NCBI GenBank assembly: GCA_965221125.1
Contig: CBDCRW010000003.1
Coordinates: 352,001 to 416,000 of the forward strand
Direction of reading: 5' to 3'
DNA: 64,000 nt
From: Alphaproteobacteria bacterium
GTDB taxonomy: Bacteria; Pseudomonadota; Alphaproteobacteria; UBA828
Part shown: positions 19,926 to 30,112 of the stretch, piece after piece
How the letters are laid out: each line of letters starts with the position of its first letter
Numbering within the stretch: the stretch's first letter is position 1
Made by a program: the position numbers and the translations under genes
Notes under the pieces: generated by a model
What the model was told of the DNA's origin: nothing
Seen by the model: only the letters and a program-made list of their open reading frames with translations
Databases searched by the model: none

Positions 19926-20677
19926 TCGATGACTTGTCGTAGCCATGTCAGTGTCCGCCGGTGGGTGAGGTCCATGTGGAGGGGTGTGACCGAGACGTAG
20001 CCCTCGTCGATCGCGCTCATGTCGGTGCCGCGCTGGCCGCTGCCGGCCGCCGGCAACTGCGCGCCGATCCAGTAGTAGGGCCTGCCCCGGGGGTCGATCC
20101 GTTCTTCCAGGGTGTCGTCGAGCGCGTGCAGCCCCTGGCGCACCACCTTGATCCCGCGCACGTCTGCGGGCGGCACGTCGGGGAAGTTCACGTTGATGAG
20201 GACGCGCTCGGGCCAGCCGCGCTCGATCAGCGCCGGCAGCAGGCGCCCGGCCCATTGCTCGGCGGTCGCCCAGTGGTGCTTGCGGCCGTCGCCGTAGGCC
20301 TGGCTGAGCGCGACCGCCGGCGCGCCGAAGAGCGTCGCCTCCATCGCCGCCGCGATGGTGCCGGAGTAGGTCACGTCCTCGCCGACGTTGGGGCCGTCGT
20401 TGACGCCGGAGAGCACCAGGTCGGGCGGGTCGTCGGCCAGAATCTTGTTGAAGGCGAGGAAGACGCAGTCGGTGGGCGTGCCGTTGACGGCGTAGCGGCG
20501 CCGGGAGATGTGGCGGAGGCGCAGCGGGCGGTGCAGCGTGAGCGAATGCGACGACGCGCTCTGCTGCGTTTCGGGCGCCACCACCCACACGTCATTCGAG
20601 AGGCCGCGCGCCACGCGCTCCAGCACCTTGATGCCGGGCGCGTCGATGCCGTCGTCGTTGGAGACGAGGATGCGCAT
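19922..20677 (-). CDS. surE: 5'/3'-nucleotidase SurE
   Basis: [34 protein letters not shown]. Confidence 0.97.
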   Translation of the reverse strand: MRILVSNDDGIDAPGIKVLERVARGLSNDVWVVAPETQQSASSHSLTLHRPLRLRHISRRRYAVNGTPTDCVFLAFNKILADDPPDLVLSGVNDGPNVGEDVTYSGTIAAAMEATLFGAPAVALSQAYGDGRKHHWATAEQWAGRLLPALIERGWPERVLINVNFPDVPPADVRGIKVVRQGLHALDDTLEERIDPRGRPYYWIGAQLPAAGSGQRGTDMSAIDEGYVSVTPLHMDLTHRRTLTWLRQVIE

Positions 20678-21945
20678 CAGCCGATCGCCTCCAGCCCGCC
20701 CATGTAGGGGCGGAGCGCCTCGGGCACGCGCACACTGCCGTCGTCCCGCTGGCAGTTCTCGAGCACCGCGACGAGGGTGCGGCCGACCGCGAGCGCCGAG
20801 CCGTTCAGCGTGTGCACGAAGTGCGTCTGCCTCTCGCCGGCCTTGCGGTAGCGCGCGTTCATGCGCCGGGCCTGGAAGTCCCAGCAGTTCGAGCAGCTCG
20901 AGATCTCGCGGTAGCGCCCCTGCCCCGGCAGCCAGACCTCGATGTCGTAGGTCTTGCGCGCCGAGAAGCCCATGTCGCCGCAGCACAGCACGACCACGCG
21001 GTAGGGTAGTTCGAGCCGTTTCAGCACCTCCTCGGCGCAGGCGGTCATGCGCTCGTGCTCGGCCTCGGAATCCTCGGGCCGGGTCACGCTCACCAGCTCG
21101 ACCTTGGAGAACTGGTGCTGGCGCAGCATGCCTCGCGTGTCCTTGCCGGCGGCGCCGGCCTCGGCGCGGAAGCAGGGCGTGTACGCCGTGAAGCGGAGCG
21201 GCAGCGCGCCCTCGTCCAGGATCTCGCCGGCCGCGAGGTTGGTGAGCGGCATCTCGGCGGTCGGGATCAGCCAGCGGCCGTCGCTCGTGTGGAACAGGTC
21301 CTCCTCGAACTTCGGCAGGTTGCCGGTGCCGAAGGCGGCGGCATCGCGCACCAGCAGCGGCGGCGCGGTCTCGGTGTAGCCGAACTCGGCGGTGTGCATG
21401 TCGAGCATGAAGGCGGCGAGCGCGCGCTCAAGTCTCGCCAGCGCGCCGGAGAGCACGACGAAGCGGGAGCCGGAGAGCTTTGCGGCCCGCTCGAAGTCCA
21501 TCAGGCCGAGCGCCTCGCCGATCTCGAAGTGCTGCCTGGCGCCGCCTGCCGCGAGCGCCTTCTCGCCCCACTGCCTGATCTCGACGTTGGCGCTCTCGTC
21601 GGCGCCGTCCGGCACGTCGTCGGCCGGCAGGTTAGGGAGGCCCGAGAGCAGGTCGATGAGTTGGGCGAAAATTTTCCGTTCCTCGCGCTCCCACCCTTGG
21701 GCGACTTCCTTTAGTACCTTGACTTCGGCAACGAGATCGCCGGTGTCCTCACCGCGCGCGCGGGCGGTGCCAATCTCCTTCGACAACCAGTTGCGCTTAT
21801 GCTGCTGTTCCTGAAATTTTGCCTGGGCTGCACGCCGGCTGGCATCGAGCGCCAGCACCTCGTCCGCGTGCGGTTCCACGCCGCGCCGGGCCAAGCCGCT
21901 GTCGAACAGATCCCCGTTCTCGCGAATCCATCTGGCGCTGAACAT
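20677..21945 (-). CDS. serS: Serine--tRNA ligase
   Basis: [48 protein letters not shown]. Confidence 0.97.
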   Translation of the reverse strand: MFSARWIRENGDLFDSGLARRGVEPHADEVLALDASRRAAQAKFQEQQHKRNWLSKEIGTARARGEDTGDLVAEVKVLKEVAQGWEREERKIFAQLIDLLSGLPNLPADDVPDGADESANVEIRQWGEKALAAGGARQHFEIGEALGLMDFERAAKLSGSRFVVLSGALARLERALAAFMLDMHTAEFGYTETAPPLLVRDAAAFGTGNLPKFEEDLFHTSDGRWLIPTAEMPLTNLAAGEILDEGALPLRFTAYTPCFRAEAGAAGKDTRGMLRQHQFSKVELVSVTRPEDSEAEHERMTACAEEVLKRLELPYRVVVLCCGDMGFSARKTYDIEVWLPGQGRYREISSCSNCWDFQARRMNARYRKAGERQTHFVHTLNGSALAVGRTLVAVLENCQRDDGSVRVPEALRPYMGGLEAIG

Positions 21946-22240
21946 GACGGCCGGGCTTTTGGGCCTTCGAAAATCCTTTGTCAACAAGTCTGTGCGCCAA
22001 TTTCATCGGTCCGCAGGTCCGGCAAGCGGCGGCAAATGACGGCAATGGCGGCTGAAACACTGGGAAAGACGGGACCGTGGATGTCCATGGCGCCGGCCGG
22101 AAGGCTGCCCTAAACTCTGCCGACGATTCGCCCGTTGCTATCCCGATTCTTGTCGAATTGTTCCCGAATCCGGCCCCGAGTCGCGCGTGCCTCCGCGCCA
22201 GGCGCGCGGCGGATTTGCCGAGCCCATGAGGACCGAACGA

Positions 22241-22957
22241 ATGGCCGATCGCCCGGATGAACGGGGCCTCTCCATCGGCGATGCCGTGCGCTTTACGCAC
22301 AGAGGCGAGACGATCGGCGGACACCTCTACCGGCGGCAAGGGCGGCGGCGGCTCGCCACGGTGATCGACGGCGAGGACAGGCTGTGGAGGGTGCCGGAGG
22401 AGGCTCTGAGCCTGTCGGGCGCGCCGCGCCGCGACACGATGATGACGGGGACCGACGCGGCCCGTGCCCGGTGGCGGGTGGGCGACAAGGTGGCGTTCTC
22501 CGACGCCGACGGCGAGCGGCACACCGGCAAGATCGTCAAGCTCAACCCGACGCAGGCCAGGGTGCGCGCAAGCCGGGCGCTCTGGAACGTGCCTTACGGC
22601 GGGCTGAGCGACGCGGGCAGCGGAAAGAAGCGGGCGCGCGACGGTGCGGAACGGCTCGCCCGCATCGCCGCATTGGCCCGAGCGCTGATGGACGAGCACG
22701 GGCTCGATACGTGGACCTTCGCCTTCCTCGAAGCCGAGCGGCGCCTCGGCGATTGCAACTACCAGGACCGCGTGATCCGCGTGGGCCGCACCCATGCGCT
22801 CGACGCCGGCGAGGCCGAGATCAGGGACACGATCCTGCACGAGATCGCCCACGCGCTGGCCGGCCCCAACGCCCGCCACGGCCCAGAGTGGAAGGCCATC
22901 GCCACGCGCATCGGCGCCACGCCCCGCGCAGGCGTCTATGAGCGCAAGGGGCGCTGA
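22241..22957 (+). CDS. SprT-like zinc metalloprotease with two N-terminal SH3/KOW-like repeats
   Basis: RRLGDC, DTILHEIAHAL (HExxH), HGPEWK; N-terminal repeats IGDAVRF..WRVP and VGDKVAF..WNVP. Confidence 0.8.
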   Translation: MADRPDERGLSIGDAVRFTHRGETIGGHLYRRQGRRRLATVIDGEDRLWRVPEEALSLSGAPRRDTMMTGTDAARARWRVGDKVAFSDADGERHTGKIVKLNPTQARVRASRALWNVPYGGLSDAGSGKKRARDGAERLARIAALARALMDEHGLDTWTFAFLEAERRLGDCNYQDRVIRVGRTHALDAGEAEIRDTILHEIAHALAGPNARHGPEWKAIATRIGATPRAGVYERKGR

Positions 22958-22979
22958 CGGTGGCGGCGAAGCGCAGCCG

Positions 22980-23267
22980 CTACGCCGTGATACGCACCTG
23001 CAAGCCCAACGCCCGCGTGACCCGCATCACTGTCGCAAAGCTGGGGTTCCCATCCTTGGACAAGGCCTTGTAGAGCCCCTCACGGCTCATTCCCACGTCG
23101 CGGGCCAACTGGCTCATGTTGCCCGTCCGCGCGATGTCGTTCAGGGCCACGCGGATCAGACTGCCATCGCCCGGGTCCTCCTCCGCGCAGGCTTCGAGAT
23201 AGAGGCGGGCGTCCTCGCGGGTTCGCAGGTGCTCGGTCACGTCCCACTTGGTGAACGCTTCGGTCAT
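22980..23267 (-). CDS. Addiction module antidote (HI1420-type HTH antitoxin)
   Basis: WDVTEHL, MSQLARDVGMSREGLYKALS..GNPSFATV; ATGA-coupled to the toxin. Confidence 0.92.
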   Translation of the reverse strand: MTEAFTKWDVTEHLRTREDARLYLEACAEEDPGDGSLIRVALNDIARTGNMSQLARDVGMSREGLYKALSKDGNPSFATVMRVTRALGLQVRITA

Positions 23268-23560
23268 GTCCGCCTCCAGTCTTCCGCCAGCCTGCCGGCG
23301 CGCTCGATGTCGCGCCGCTGGCTGCCCTTGTCGCCAGCGCAAAGCACGACGACCGTCCCGCCCTCACGCAGGCAATAGAGTCGGTAGCCGGGCCCATGAT
23401 GCACGCGCATCTCGAACAGGCCGCCGCCTACCTGAACAGTATCCCCGACATTGCCCAGCGAAACGTTCCGCAAACGCGCATTGATCCGCGCAACCGCCCT
23501 GCGATCCCGCAAGCCGCGCATCCAGCGCTTGAACGTGGCGCTCTCGATCACGTCGGGCAC
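23264..23560 (-). CDS. Addiction module killer (HI1419-type RelE/ParE toxin)
   Basis: F..WMRGLRD..A..RI..RL, GNVGD, EMRVHHGPGYRLY, GDKGSQRRDI. Confidence 0.92.
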   Translation of the reverse strand: MPDVIESATFKRWMRGLRDRRAVARINARLRNVSLGNVGDTVQVGGGLFEMRVHHGPGYRLYCLREGGTVVVLCAGDKGSQRRDIERAGRLAEDWRRT

Positions 23561-23803
23561 GTGCTGAATGTAAACTGTGGTTCACACCGGGTCAACCGCG
23601 GCCGCAACCCATGTGCCCGCAAGAGGCAGCGAACAGGCGATCCGCTAGGCTCTTCCAGGAAATCCGATTGCCTCGCGGGCACGGTTTTGTTCATAGTGCC
23701 AGGGAGGAAGACGCCGCCGATTGGCAAGCAGGTCCCGAGGATCGAGCAGTGCTGCGGGCGGCGCCCGAAGCAACCGATGGGCGGTGCGATCCGGGGCCGA
23801 GCA

Positions 23804-24082
23804 CTATGCCGGGTCGAAGCTGATACGAAGCTTCGTGCCGGTCGCTCGTGCGGTCTTCTCCAGCGTCCTGGTCGAGGGGCGGCCGCGACCGCTCTCGAGC
23901 CGGGCGATCACCGATTGTGTCGTCTTTATGCGCTCCGCAAGCTCGGCCTGGGTGAGCTTCGCTCGGGTGCGGGCCTCGATCAGGGAGCGGGCGAGCGCGA
24001 ACTCGGGACCCAGCCGACCGTACGCCTCCCGGTAGTCCGGTTCCCGGCTCCAGCGTTCGTGCGACGCGGCCAGCTTGCTCAT
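23804..24082 (-). CDS. XRE/HigA-like HTH antitoxin (orphan)
   Basis: DYREAY..LGPEF.LA..LIEAR...LTQAELAERIKTTQSVIARLESG..PSTRTL. Confidence 0.85.
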   Translation of the reverse strand: MSKLAASHERWSREPDYREAYGRLGPEFALARSLIEARTRAKLTQAELAERIKTTQSVIARLESGRGRPSTRTLEKTARATGTKLRISFDPA

Positions 24083-24125
24083 CCTGTCACCTCTCTGGCG
24101 CGACGATGGCGCGCTCTGCGCTCCC

Positions 24126-24920
24126 TTACCGCGGGAACGTCGCGCCGTTGATGTCGATCACGGTGCCGGTGGCGTGGCGGGCGGCGCCGGAGGCGAGGAA
24201 GGCCACGATGTTCGCCACTTCCTCGGGCGGGATCAGCGTACCCAGCGCGTTCTCCGCGAGCGGGCCGCGATCGCCGGTCTCGTTGATGTAGTCCCACGAC
24301 ATGTCGGTGCCGACCCAGCCGGGCGCCACCGCGTACGAGAGGATGCCCTCGCCGCCGTGGGTGCGGGCCAGCGTGTGGCTCAGCGCGTTGAGGGCGCCCT
24401 TGCTCGCCGCGTAGGAGCCGAGCAGCGGCTTCTCGCCGCGGTGCGCGGCCCGGCTCGAGAGGTGGATCAGGATGCCGCCGCCCCGCGCCTGGAAGTGCTC
24501 GACGGCATGGGTGGCGAGCGCGGCCGGCGCGAGAAGGTTGATCTGCAGCGTGCGCTGCCAGACGGCGCGCCAGGCGGCGGGCCAGCCCGCGTCGTCGCTG
24601 ATCGCGGGCTCGGCCTCGTAGACGGCCGCGTTGTTGACCAGCACGTCGATGCGCCCCTGCCAAGCGAGCGCCTGCCGCCAGAGCGCGTGCGGCGCCGCCT
24701 CGTCGCCCAGGTCGGCGCCCACGACGTGGCAGCGCTCGGGCGCGGCTTCGGCCAGCGCCTCGGCTGCGTCCCGCCGCGTGTTGTAGTGGATGACGACGGA
24801 CGCGCCGCCATCCAGCAGCGCACGCACGCAGCACGCGCCGATGCCCCGCGATGCGCCGGTGACCAGCACCACCTTGCCGTCGACGCCGACCGTGTGGTCC
24901 GCCCCGCGATCGTCAGCCAT
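24126..24920 (-). CDS. SDR family oxidoreductase
   Basis: TGASRGIG, VNNAA, YAASK, PGWVGT. Confidence 0.92.
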   Translation of the reverse strand: MADDRGADHTVGVDGKVVLVTGASRGIGACCVRALLDGGASVVIHYNTRRDAAEALAEAAPERCHVVGADLGDEAAPHALWRQALAWQGRIDVLVNNAAVYEAEPAISDDAGWPAAWRAVWQRTLQINLLAPAALATHAVEHFQARGGGILIHLSSRAAHRGEKPLLGSYAASKGALNALSHTLARTHGGEGILSYAVAPGWVGTDMSWDYINETGDRGPLAENALGTLIPPEEVANIVAFLASGAARHATGTVIDINGATFPR

Positions 24921-25062
24921 CGCCTCCCCCGTCGCTCTCGACAACGAAATTACGAGACCGACCATACAGAAGGCGGGAGCGCCGTGACACGTTCCGCACA
25001 TTTCACGGCCGGCGCGGGCGTGCCATGCTGGCGCGCGGCGGCGGCTAGATGGGCGGGCGCCG

Positions 25063-26415
25063 ATGGGCAAGCGCATCCACCTCAACGCGTTCTCGATGAA
25101 CTGCGTCTCCCACATCCAGCACGGCCTCTGGGTGCGGGACGACACGCGCCAGCGCGCGTTCAACCGCATCGAGCCCTGGATCGAGCTCGCCCGGCTGCTG
25201 GAACGCGGCGGCTTCGACGCGCTCTTCCTCGCGGACGTGATCGGCACCTACGACCTCTATCGCGGCGGGCCGGAGACCGCGATCGAGGAAGCCGTGCAGA
25301 TCCCGGCGAACGACCCGATGCTGCTCATCCCGGCCATGGCGACGGCGACCGAGCATCTCGGCTTCGCCTACACCAGCTCCGTGCTCCAGGTGCCGCCCTT
25401 CACCTTCGCCCGCCAGATCTCGACGCTGGACCACATCACGCAAGGCCGCATCGCCTGGAACATCGTGACCTCGTACCTGCCGAACGCGGGCACCAATCTC
25501 GGCTTCGGCGGGCTGCCGCCGCACGACGAGCGCTACGCCCGCGCCGAGGAATACTTGCAGGTCACCTACAAGCTCTGGGAAGGAAGCTGGGAGGAGGACG
25601 CGGTGCTCTGCGACACCGAGCGGGGCGTCTACGCCGACCCGGCCAGGATCCACCCCATCGACCATGCCGGCGACTACTACGAGGTCGCGGGGCCGCACCT
25701 CTCCGAGCCCTCGCCGCAGCGGACGCCGCTGCTCTTCCAGGCGGGCTCGTCGGACCGGGGGCGGGAGTTCGCCGCCACCCATGCTGAGTGCGTCTTCATG
25801 TTCGCCTCCATGCGGAGCCTCAAGGCGTCCACCGGGGTGGTGCAGGACGTGCGCGCCCGCGCCGCGCGGCGGGGCCGGGCGCCGGAGGACATCCTGTTCT
25901 TCCAGGGCGTCACCCCGGTGGTGGGAGGCACGGAAGCGGAGGCCGAAGCCAAGGCGGCCGGGTACGTGGAACAGTCGAGCGTGGAAGGCGGGCTCGCGCA
26001 CATGAGCGGCAGCGTCGGCGTGGACCTCGGCGCCATCGACCTCGACGCGCCGCTGGCGAGCCTTGAGACCGAGGCCATTCAGGGCGTCGTCCGGGGCGTG
26101 ATCGAGTCGGCGCCGGACAAGTCGCTCACCTTCCGCGACCTCGTGCGCTCGCGCGCCTCCGGCCAGTTCCTCACCGGCACGCCGGAGCAGATCGCCGACG
26201 CGTTTCAGGCCTGGCACGAGGCGGGCGTGGACGGCTTCAACATCGTCTACGCGGTGACGCCGGGCACCTTCGCGGACTTCATCGAGGGCGTGGTGCCGGA
26301 GCTGCGCCGCCGCGGGCTGGTGCAGGAGGACTATGCGCCGGGCGCGCTCCGCGAGAAGCTGTTCGGGCAGGCGCGGCTCTCGGCGCGACACCCCGCCGCC
26401 CAATACCGCCGCTGA
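25063..26415 (+). CDS. Flavin-dependent monooxygenase, NtaA/SnaA/DszA (LLM) family
   Basis: FDALFLAD, TLDHITQGRIAWNIVTS, SPQRTPLLFQAGSS. Confidence 0.92.
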   Translation: MGKRIHLNAFSMNCVSHIQHGLWVRDDTRQRAFNRIEPWIELARLLERGGFDALFLADVIGTYDLYRGGPETAIEEAVQIPANDPMLLIPAMATATEHLGFAYTSSVLQVPPFTFARQISTLDHITQGRIAWNIVTSYLPNAGTNLGFGGLPPHDERYARAEEYLQVTYKLWEGSWEEDAVLCDTERGVYADPARIHPIDHAGDYYEVAGPHLSEPSPQRTPLLFQAGSSDRGREFAATHAECVFMFASMRSLKASTGVVQDVRARAARRGRAPEDILFFQGVTPVVGGTEAEAEAKAAGYVEQSSVEGGLAHMSGSVGVDLGAIDLDAPLASLETEAIQGVVRGVIESAPDKSLTFRDLVRSRASGQFLTGTPEQIADAFQAWHEAGVDGFNIVYAVTPGTFADFIEGVVPELRRRGLVQEDYAPGALREKLFGQARLSARHPAAQYRR

Positions 26416-26428
26416 GAAGGAGGACGCC

Positions 26429-26950
26429 ATGGACGCCGACGAACTCAGATCGCTGCAGGCGCCGCTCAAGGAGCGCTACCGCGAGGACGCGGACGCCGCG
26501 CTCATCGTGCTCAAGGCTTCGGGCGCGGTGGACGGGGCGGGCATCGCCTGCTCGGTCGATACCGGCAAGGCGCTGGTGGAGGCCGGACTGCACCCCTCGG
26601 GCGGCGGCACGGGGCTGCAGGCGTGCTCCGGCGACATGCTGCTGCAGGCGCTCGTCGCCTGCGCCGGCGTGACGCTCAAGGCGGTTGCGACCGCGCTCTC
26701 CATCGATATTCGCAACGCGCGGGTCAGCGCCGAGGGCGATCTCGACGTGCGGGGGACGCTCGGCGTCGACCGCGACGCGCCCGTGGGGTTTCGCGCGATT
26801 CGGCTCCACTTCGCGCTTGAGAGCGATGCCGCGCCCGAGGACATCGAGAGGCTCTACAAGCTCACCGAGCGCTACTGCGTCGTCTACCAGACGCTCACCG
26901 GCGGCGCGCCGGTGACCGTCAGCCGCAGCGGCGCAGCGGGCGGGAGCTGA
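26429..26950 (+). CDS. OsmC family protein
   Basis: ACSGDMLLQALVACAGVT, LTERYCVVYQTL; GGAGG RBS. Confidence 0.9.
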   Translation: MDADELRSLQAPLKERYREDADAALIVLKASGAVDGAGIACSVDTGKALVEAGLHPSGGGTGLQACSGDMLLQALVACAGVTLKAVATALSIDIRNARVSAEGDLDVRGTLGVDRDAPVGFRAIRLHFALESDAAPEDIERLYKLTERYCVVYQTLTGGAPVTVSRSGAAGGS

Positions 26951-27000
26951 GCGGACGGCAGCATGGCCAACACCCAGCGCGCGGGGTAGAAGGCGCGATC

Positions 27001-28584
27001 ATGGCCGGCAAGAGTGCATTCCGCCCCGTCGTCCTCTGCGTGCTGGATGGCTGGGGGCACCGGGAGGAGACGGCGCACAACGCCATCGCCCTCGCCGAGA
27101 CGCCGGTGTGGGATCGGCTGATAGCCCAGCGCGCGTGGGGACTGCTCGCCACCGCCGGCGCCGCCGTGGGGCTGCCCGAGGGCCAGATGGGAAACTCCGA
27201 GGTGGGGCACATGACTATCGGCGCGGGCCGGGTCGTGCTGCAGGACCTGCCCCGCATCGATGCCGCCGTGGCCGACGGCTCGTTGGCGCGCAACCCCGCC
27301 CTCCTCTCGCTGATCGAGCGGCTGCGGGAGAGCGGCGGCCGCTGCCATCTGATGGGCCTGGTCTCGCCGGGCGGCGTCCATTCCCACCAGAATCACATCT
27401 TGGAGATTGCGCGGACCGTGAGCGAGGCCAGCGTGCCCGTGCGGGTGCACGCCTTCCTCGACGGCCGCGACGTGCCGCCGCGCTCCGCCATCGAAGACCT
27501 GCCGCGCTTCGAGGCGGGACTTCGCGGTCTCGCCGACGTGCGGATCGCGACCGTCTGCGGCCGCTACTACGCCATGGACCGCGACCGGCGCTGGGAGCGG
27601 ACGGCGCGGGCCTACGACGCCCTGGTCTCCGCGCGCGGCCGGGCTGCGGAAAGCGCCGTGACGGCCGTCGCCGAGAGCTACGCGCAAGACGTGGGCGACG
27701 AGTTCGTTGAGCCCGCAGCGATCGCTGGCTACGCGGGCATGGCGGACGGCGACGGGCTGATCATGGCCAACTTCCGGGCCGACCGCGCCCGTCAGATCAT
27801 GGCGGCGCTGCTCGACCCCGCCTTCGACGGCTTCGCGCGCGAGCGGCGCGTGCGTTTCGCCGCTTCTGTCGGCATGTGCAGCTATTCCGAGAGCCTGGAT
27901 CGGCTGGCCGGGACGATGTTCCCGCCGCAGCAGGTGGCGGACGGCCTCGGCGCGGTCGTCTCACGCGCCGGGCTACGCCAGCTCCGCATCGCCGAGACCG
28001 AGAAGTACGCCCACGTTACGTTCTTCCTCAACGGCGGCGAGGAGCGCGAGATGCCGGGCGAGGAACGCGTGCTCGTGCCCTCGCCCAGGGTGGCGACCTA
28101 CGACCTGCAGCCCGAGATGTCGGCCGCGGAGGTCACGGACGGCGTGGCGGCGGCCATCGCGGGCGGCCGCTTCGATCTGATCGTCGTGAACTACGCCAAC
28201 CCGGACATGGTGGGCCACACGGGCGACCTGCAGGCGGCGATGGCGGCGGTCGCCGCCGTGGACCGCTGCCTCGGCCGGCTCGCGGATGCGGTGGAGGCTG
28301 CCGGCGGCGCGCTGCTCATCACCGCCGACCACGGCAACGCCGAGAAGATGCAGGACGGCGAGACGCCGCATACCGCGCACACGCACGGCGCCGTGCCTGC
28401 GGTGCTCGCGGGCGCGCCGGGCCTCGCGCTCCGCGACGGCGCGCTCGCCGATATCGCGCCGACGGTGCTCGACCTGATGGGCCTGCCCCAGCCGGCGGCG
28501 ATGACCGGGCGCTCGCTGGCGTTCGCCGCGCCGACCGAGGACGCGGCGCGGGCTACGCGCCCCCGGCAATCACGGGCTCGATAG
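27001..28584 (+). CDS. gpmI: 2,3-bisphosphoglycerate-independent phosphoglycerate mutase
   Basis: LDGWG, GQMGNSEVGH, GRYYAMDRD, AETEKYAHVTFF, NPDMVGHTG, TADHGN. Confidence 0.97.
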   Translation: MAGKSAFRPVVLCVLDGWGHREETAHNAIALAETPVWDRLIAQRAWGLLATAGAAVGLPEGQMGNSEVGHMTIGAGRVVLQDLPRIDAAVADGSLARNPALLSLIERLRESGGRCHLMGLVSPGGVHSHQNHILEIARTVSEASVPVRVHAFLDGRDVPPRSAIEDLPRFEAGLRGLADVRIATVCGRYYAMDRDRRWERTARAYDALVSARGRAAESAVTAVAESYAQDVGDEFVEPAAIAGYAGMADGDGLIMANFRADRARQIMAALLDPAFDGFARERRVRFAASVGMCSYSESLDRLAGTMFPPQQVADGLGAVVSRAGLRQLRIAETEKYAHVTFFLNGGEEREMPGEERVLVPSPRVATYDLQPEMSAAEVTDGVAAAIAGGRFDLIVVNYANPDMVGHTGDLQAAMAAVAAVDRCLGRLADAVEAAGGALLITADHGNAEKMQDGETPHTAHTHGAVPAVLAGAPGLALRDGALADIAPTVLDLMGLPQPAAMTGRSLAFAAPTEDAARATRPRQSRAR

Positions 28585-29944
28585 CGGCGCCCAGCCGCAA
28601 CAGCCGTTCCTCCTCGCCGGGCGGGGCCATCAGCATGAGGCCCACCGGAATGCCGTTCCCGTCCCGCCCGCAGGGTAGCGTCAGCGCGCAGCAATTCAGG
28701 TAGTTGCCGATGCGCGTGTTGCGGAGCGCCGCCGTGTTCGCGGTTCTGTAGACCTCGGCGTCGGCTTCGAGCGCGGCGATGGGCGGCGGGCTCTCTGCCG
28801 CCGTCGGCATGAGGAAGACGCCGTGCCGCCTGATCCGGGCGTGCAGTGCTGGGGCGAGCGCGGCCAGCCCCTGCTTCGCCCGCGCGGCATCGGTGGCGGA
28901 CATCTCCGCGCCCACGCGAATGCGCTCCCAGATCGGCGCGTAGATCAGGTCGGGATTCGCTTCGATCACGTCGTGCCAGAGCGCGTGGCACTCGGCGGCG
29001 TGATAGGCGCCGAAGCGGCCGACCAGGTCTTCGACCGCCTCGAACTCGGGCACCGGCGTCTCGTCGATGGCGCAGCCGGCGGCACGGAGCCGCTCGACCG
29101 CGCCCCGCGCCGCAGCGTCGACGCCGGGATCCAGGGCCTGCCACACCAGCGTCGTCGGCAGCGCGAAGCGGGCGCGGGAGAGAGAAGCGCCCGCGAGGTC
29201 CGGCGCGGGACGGTTGCCGGCGCCGACGCGCCCGTCGAGCACGGCGAAGAGCGCCGACGCATCGGCCACGTCGCGGGTGAGCGGGCCCACCGTATCCATG
29301 CTGGTGCTGAGCCCGAGCACGCCGTCGAGCGGCAGCAGCCCGACGCTGGTCTTGAGCCCGACGAGGCCGTTCCAGGCCGCCGGCACGCGGACGGAGCCGC
29401 CGGTGTCCGAGCCGATGGCGGCGGCGGCGAGGCCGCGCGAGATCGAGACCGCGGCGCCGGACGACGAGCCGCCCGGTATGCGCGGCACGGCCTCATCGAA
29501 GGGGTTGGGCGGCGTGCCCATCCTGGGGTTGAGGCCGAGGATGGAGAAGGCGAACTCGGTCTGGTTGGTCTTGCCGAGGCAGACCAGGCCGGCGCGGGTG
29601 GCGCGGGCGAGAACGGTCGCGTCGCGCTCCGCGATGCGCTCGGCCAGCGCCGGCGTGCCGTGGCTGGTGACGTCGCCCGCGCTGTCGTAGAGGTCCTTCC
29701 ACGAGATCGGCACGCCGTCGAGCGGCGACTGCCTGATGCCGGCTTTCGCGCGCCGGTGGGCGGCCTCGGCCTCGGCACGGGCGCGGACGGGCGTGAGGCG
29801 GAGATAGATCGTGCGGTTGCCGTCCACCGCCTCGATGCGCTCGAGGAAGTATTCGGTCAGCGCGCGCGGGTCGATGGCGCCGCTCCCGATGCCGGCGCCG
29901 AGCGCCAGCGCGCTCATCCGATGCCACTCGCCGCTCATCGCCAT
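28553..29944 (-). CDS. Amidase signature family protein
   Basis: GVPISWKD, PGGSSSGAA, IGSDTGGSVRVPAA. Confidence 0.92.
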   Translation of the reverse strand: MAMSGEWHRMSALALGAGIGSGAIDPRALTEYFLERIEAVDGNRTIYLRLTPVRARAEAEAAHRRAKAGIRQSPLDGVPISWKDLYDSAGDVTSHGTPALAERIAERDATVLARATRAGLVCLGKTNQTEFAFSILGLNPRMGTPPNPFDEAVPRIPGGSSSGAAVSISRGLAAAAIGSDTGGSVRVPAAWNGLVGLKTSVGLLPLDGVLGLSTSMDTVGPLTRDVADASALFAVLDGRVGAGNRPAPDLAGASLSRARFALPTTLVWQALDPGVDAAARGAVERLRAAGCAIDETPVPEFEAVEDLVGRFGAYHAAECHALWHDVIEANPDLIYAPIWERIRVGAEMSATDAARAKQGLAALAPALHARIRRHGVFLMPTAAESPPPIAALEADAEVYRTANTAALRNTRIGNYLNCCALTLPCGRDGNGIPVGLMLMAPPGEEERLLRLGAAIEPVIAGGA

Positions 29945-30112
29945 GCCCCTCCGGCCGCTCCCCTGCCCCCGACGGGCCTCCTTAGCGGACGGAGTCCGGG
30001 CGGCGCAAGGAGGGTGCGGTATGACGCGCGCGCGTGGTATAGATTCGCCCGCGGCAGTGCGCCGGCTCGACGGCACGGCCCATCGAATCGAAACCATGCC
30101 AGGGAGGCATCA

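Noticed and set aside
28553-28584. gpmI/amidase convergent 3' overlap
   Set aside because: A 32-nt tail overlap is common in GC-rich genomes.
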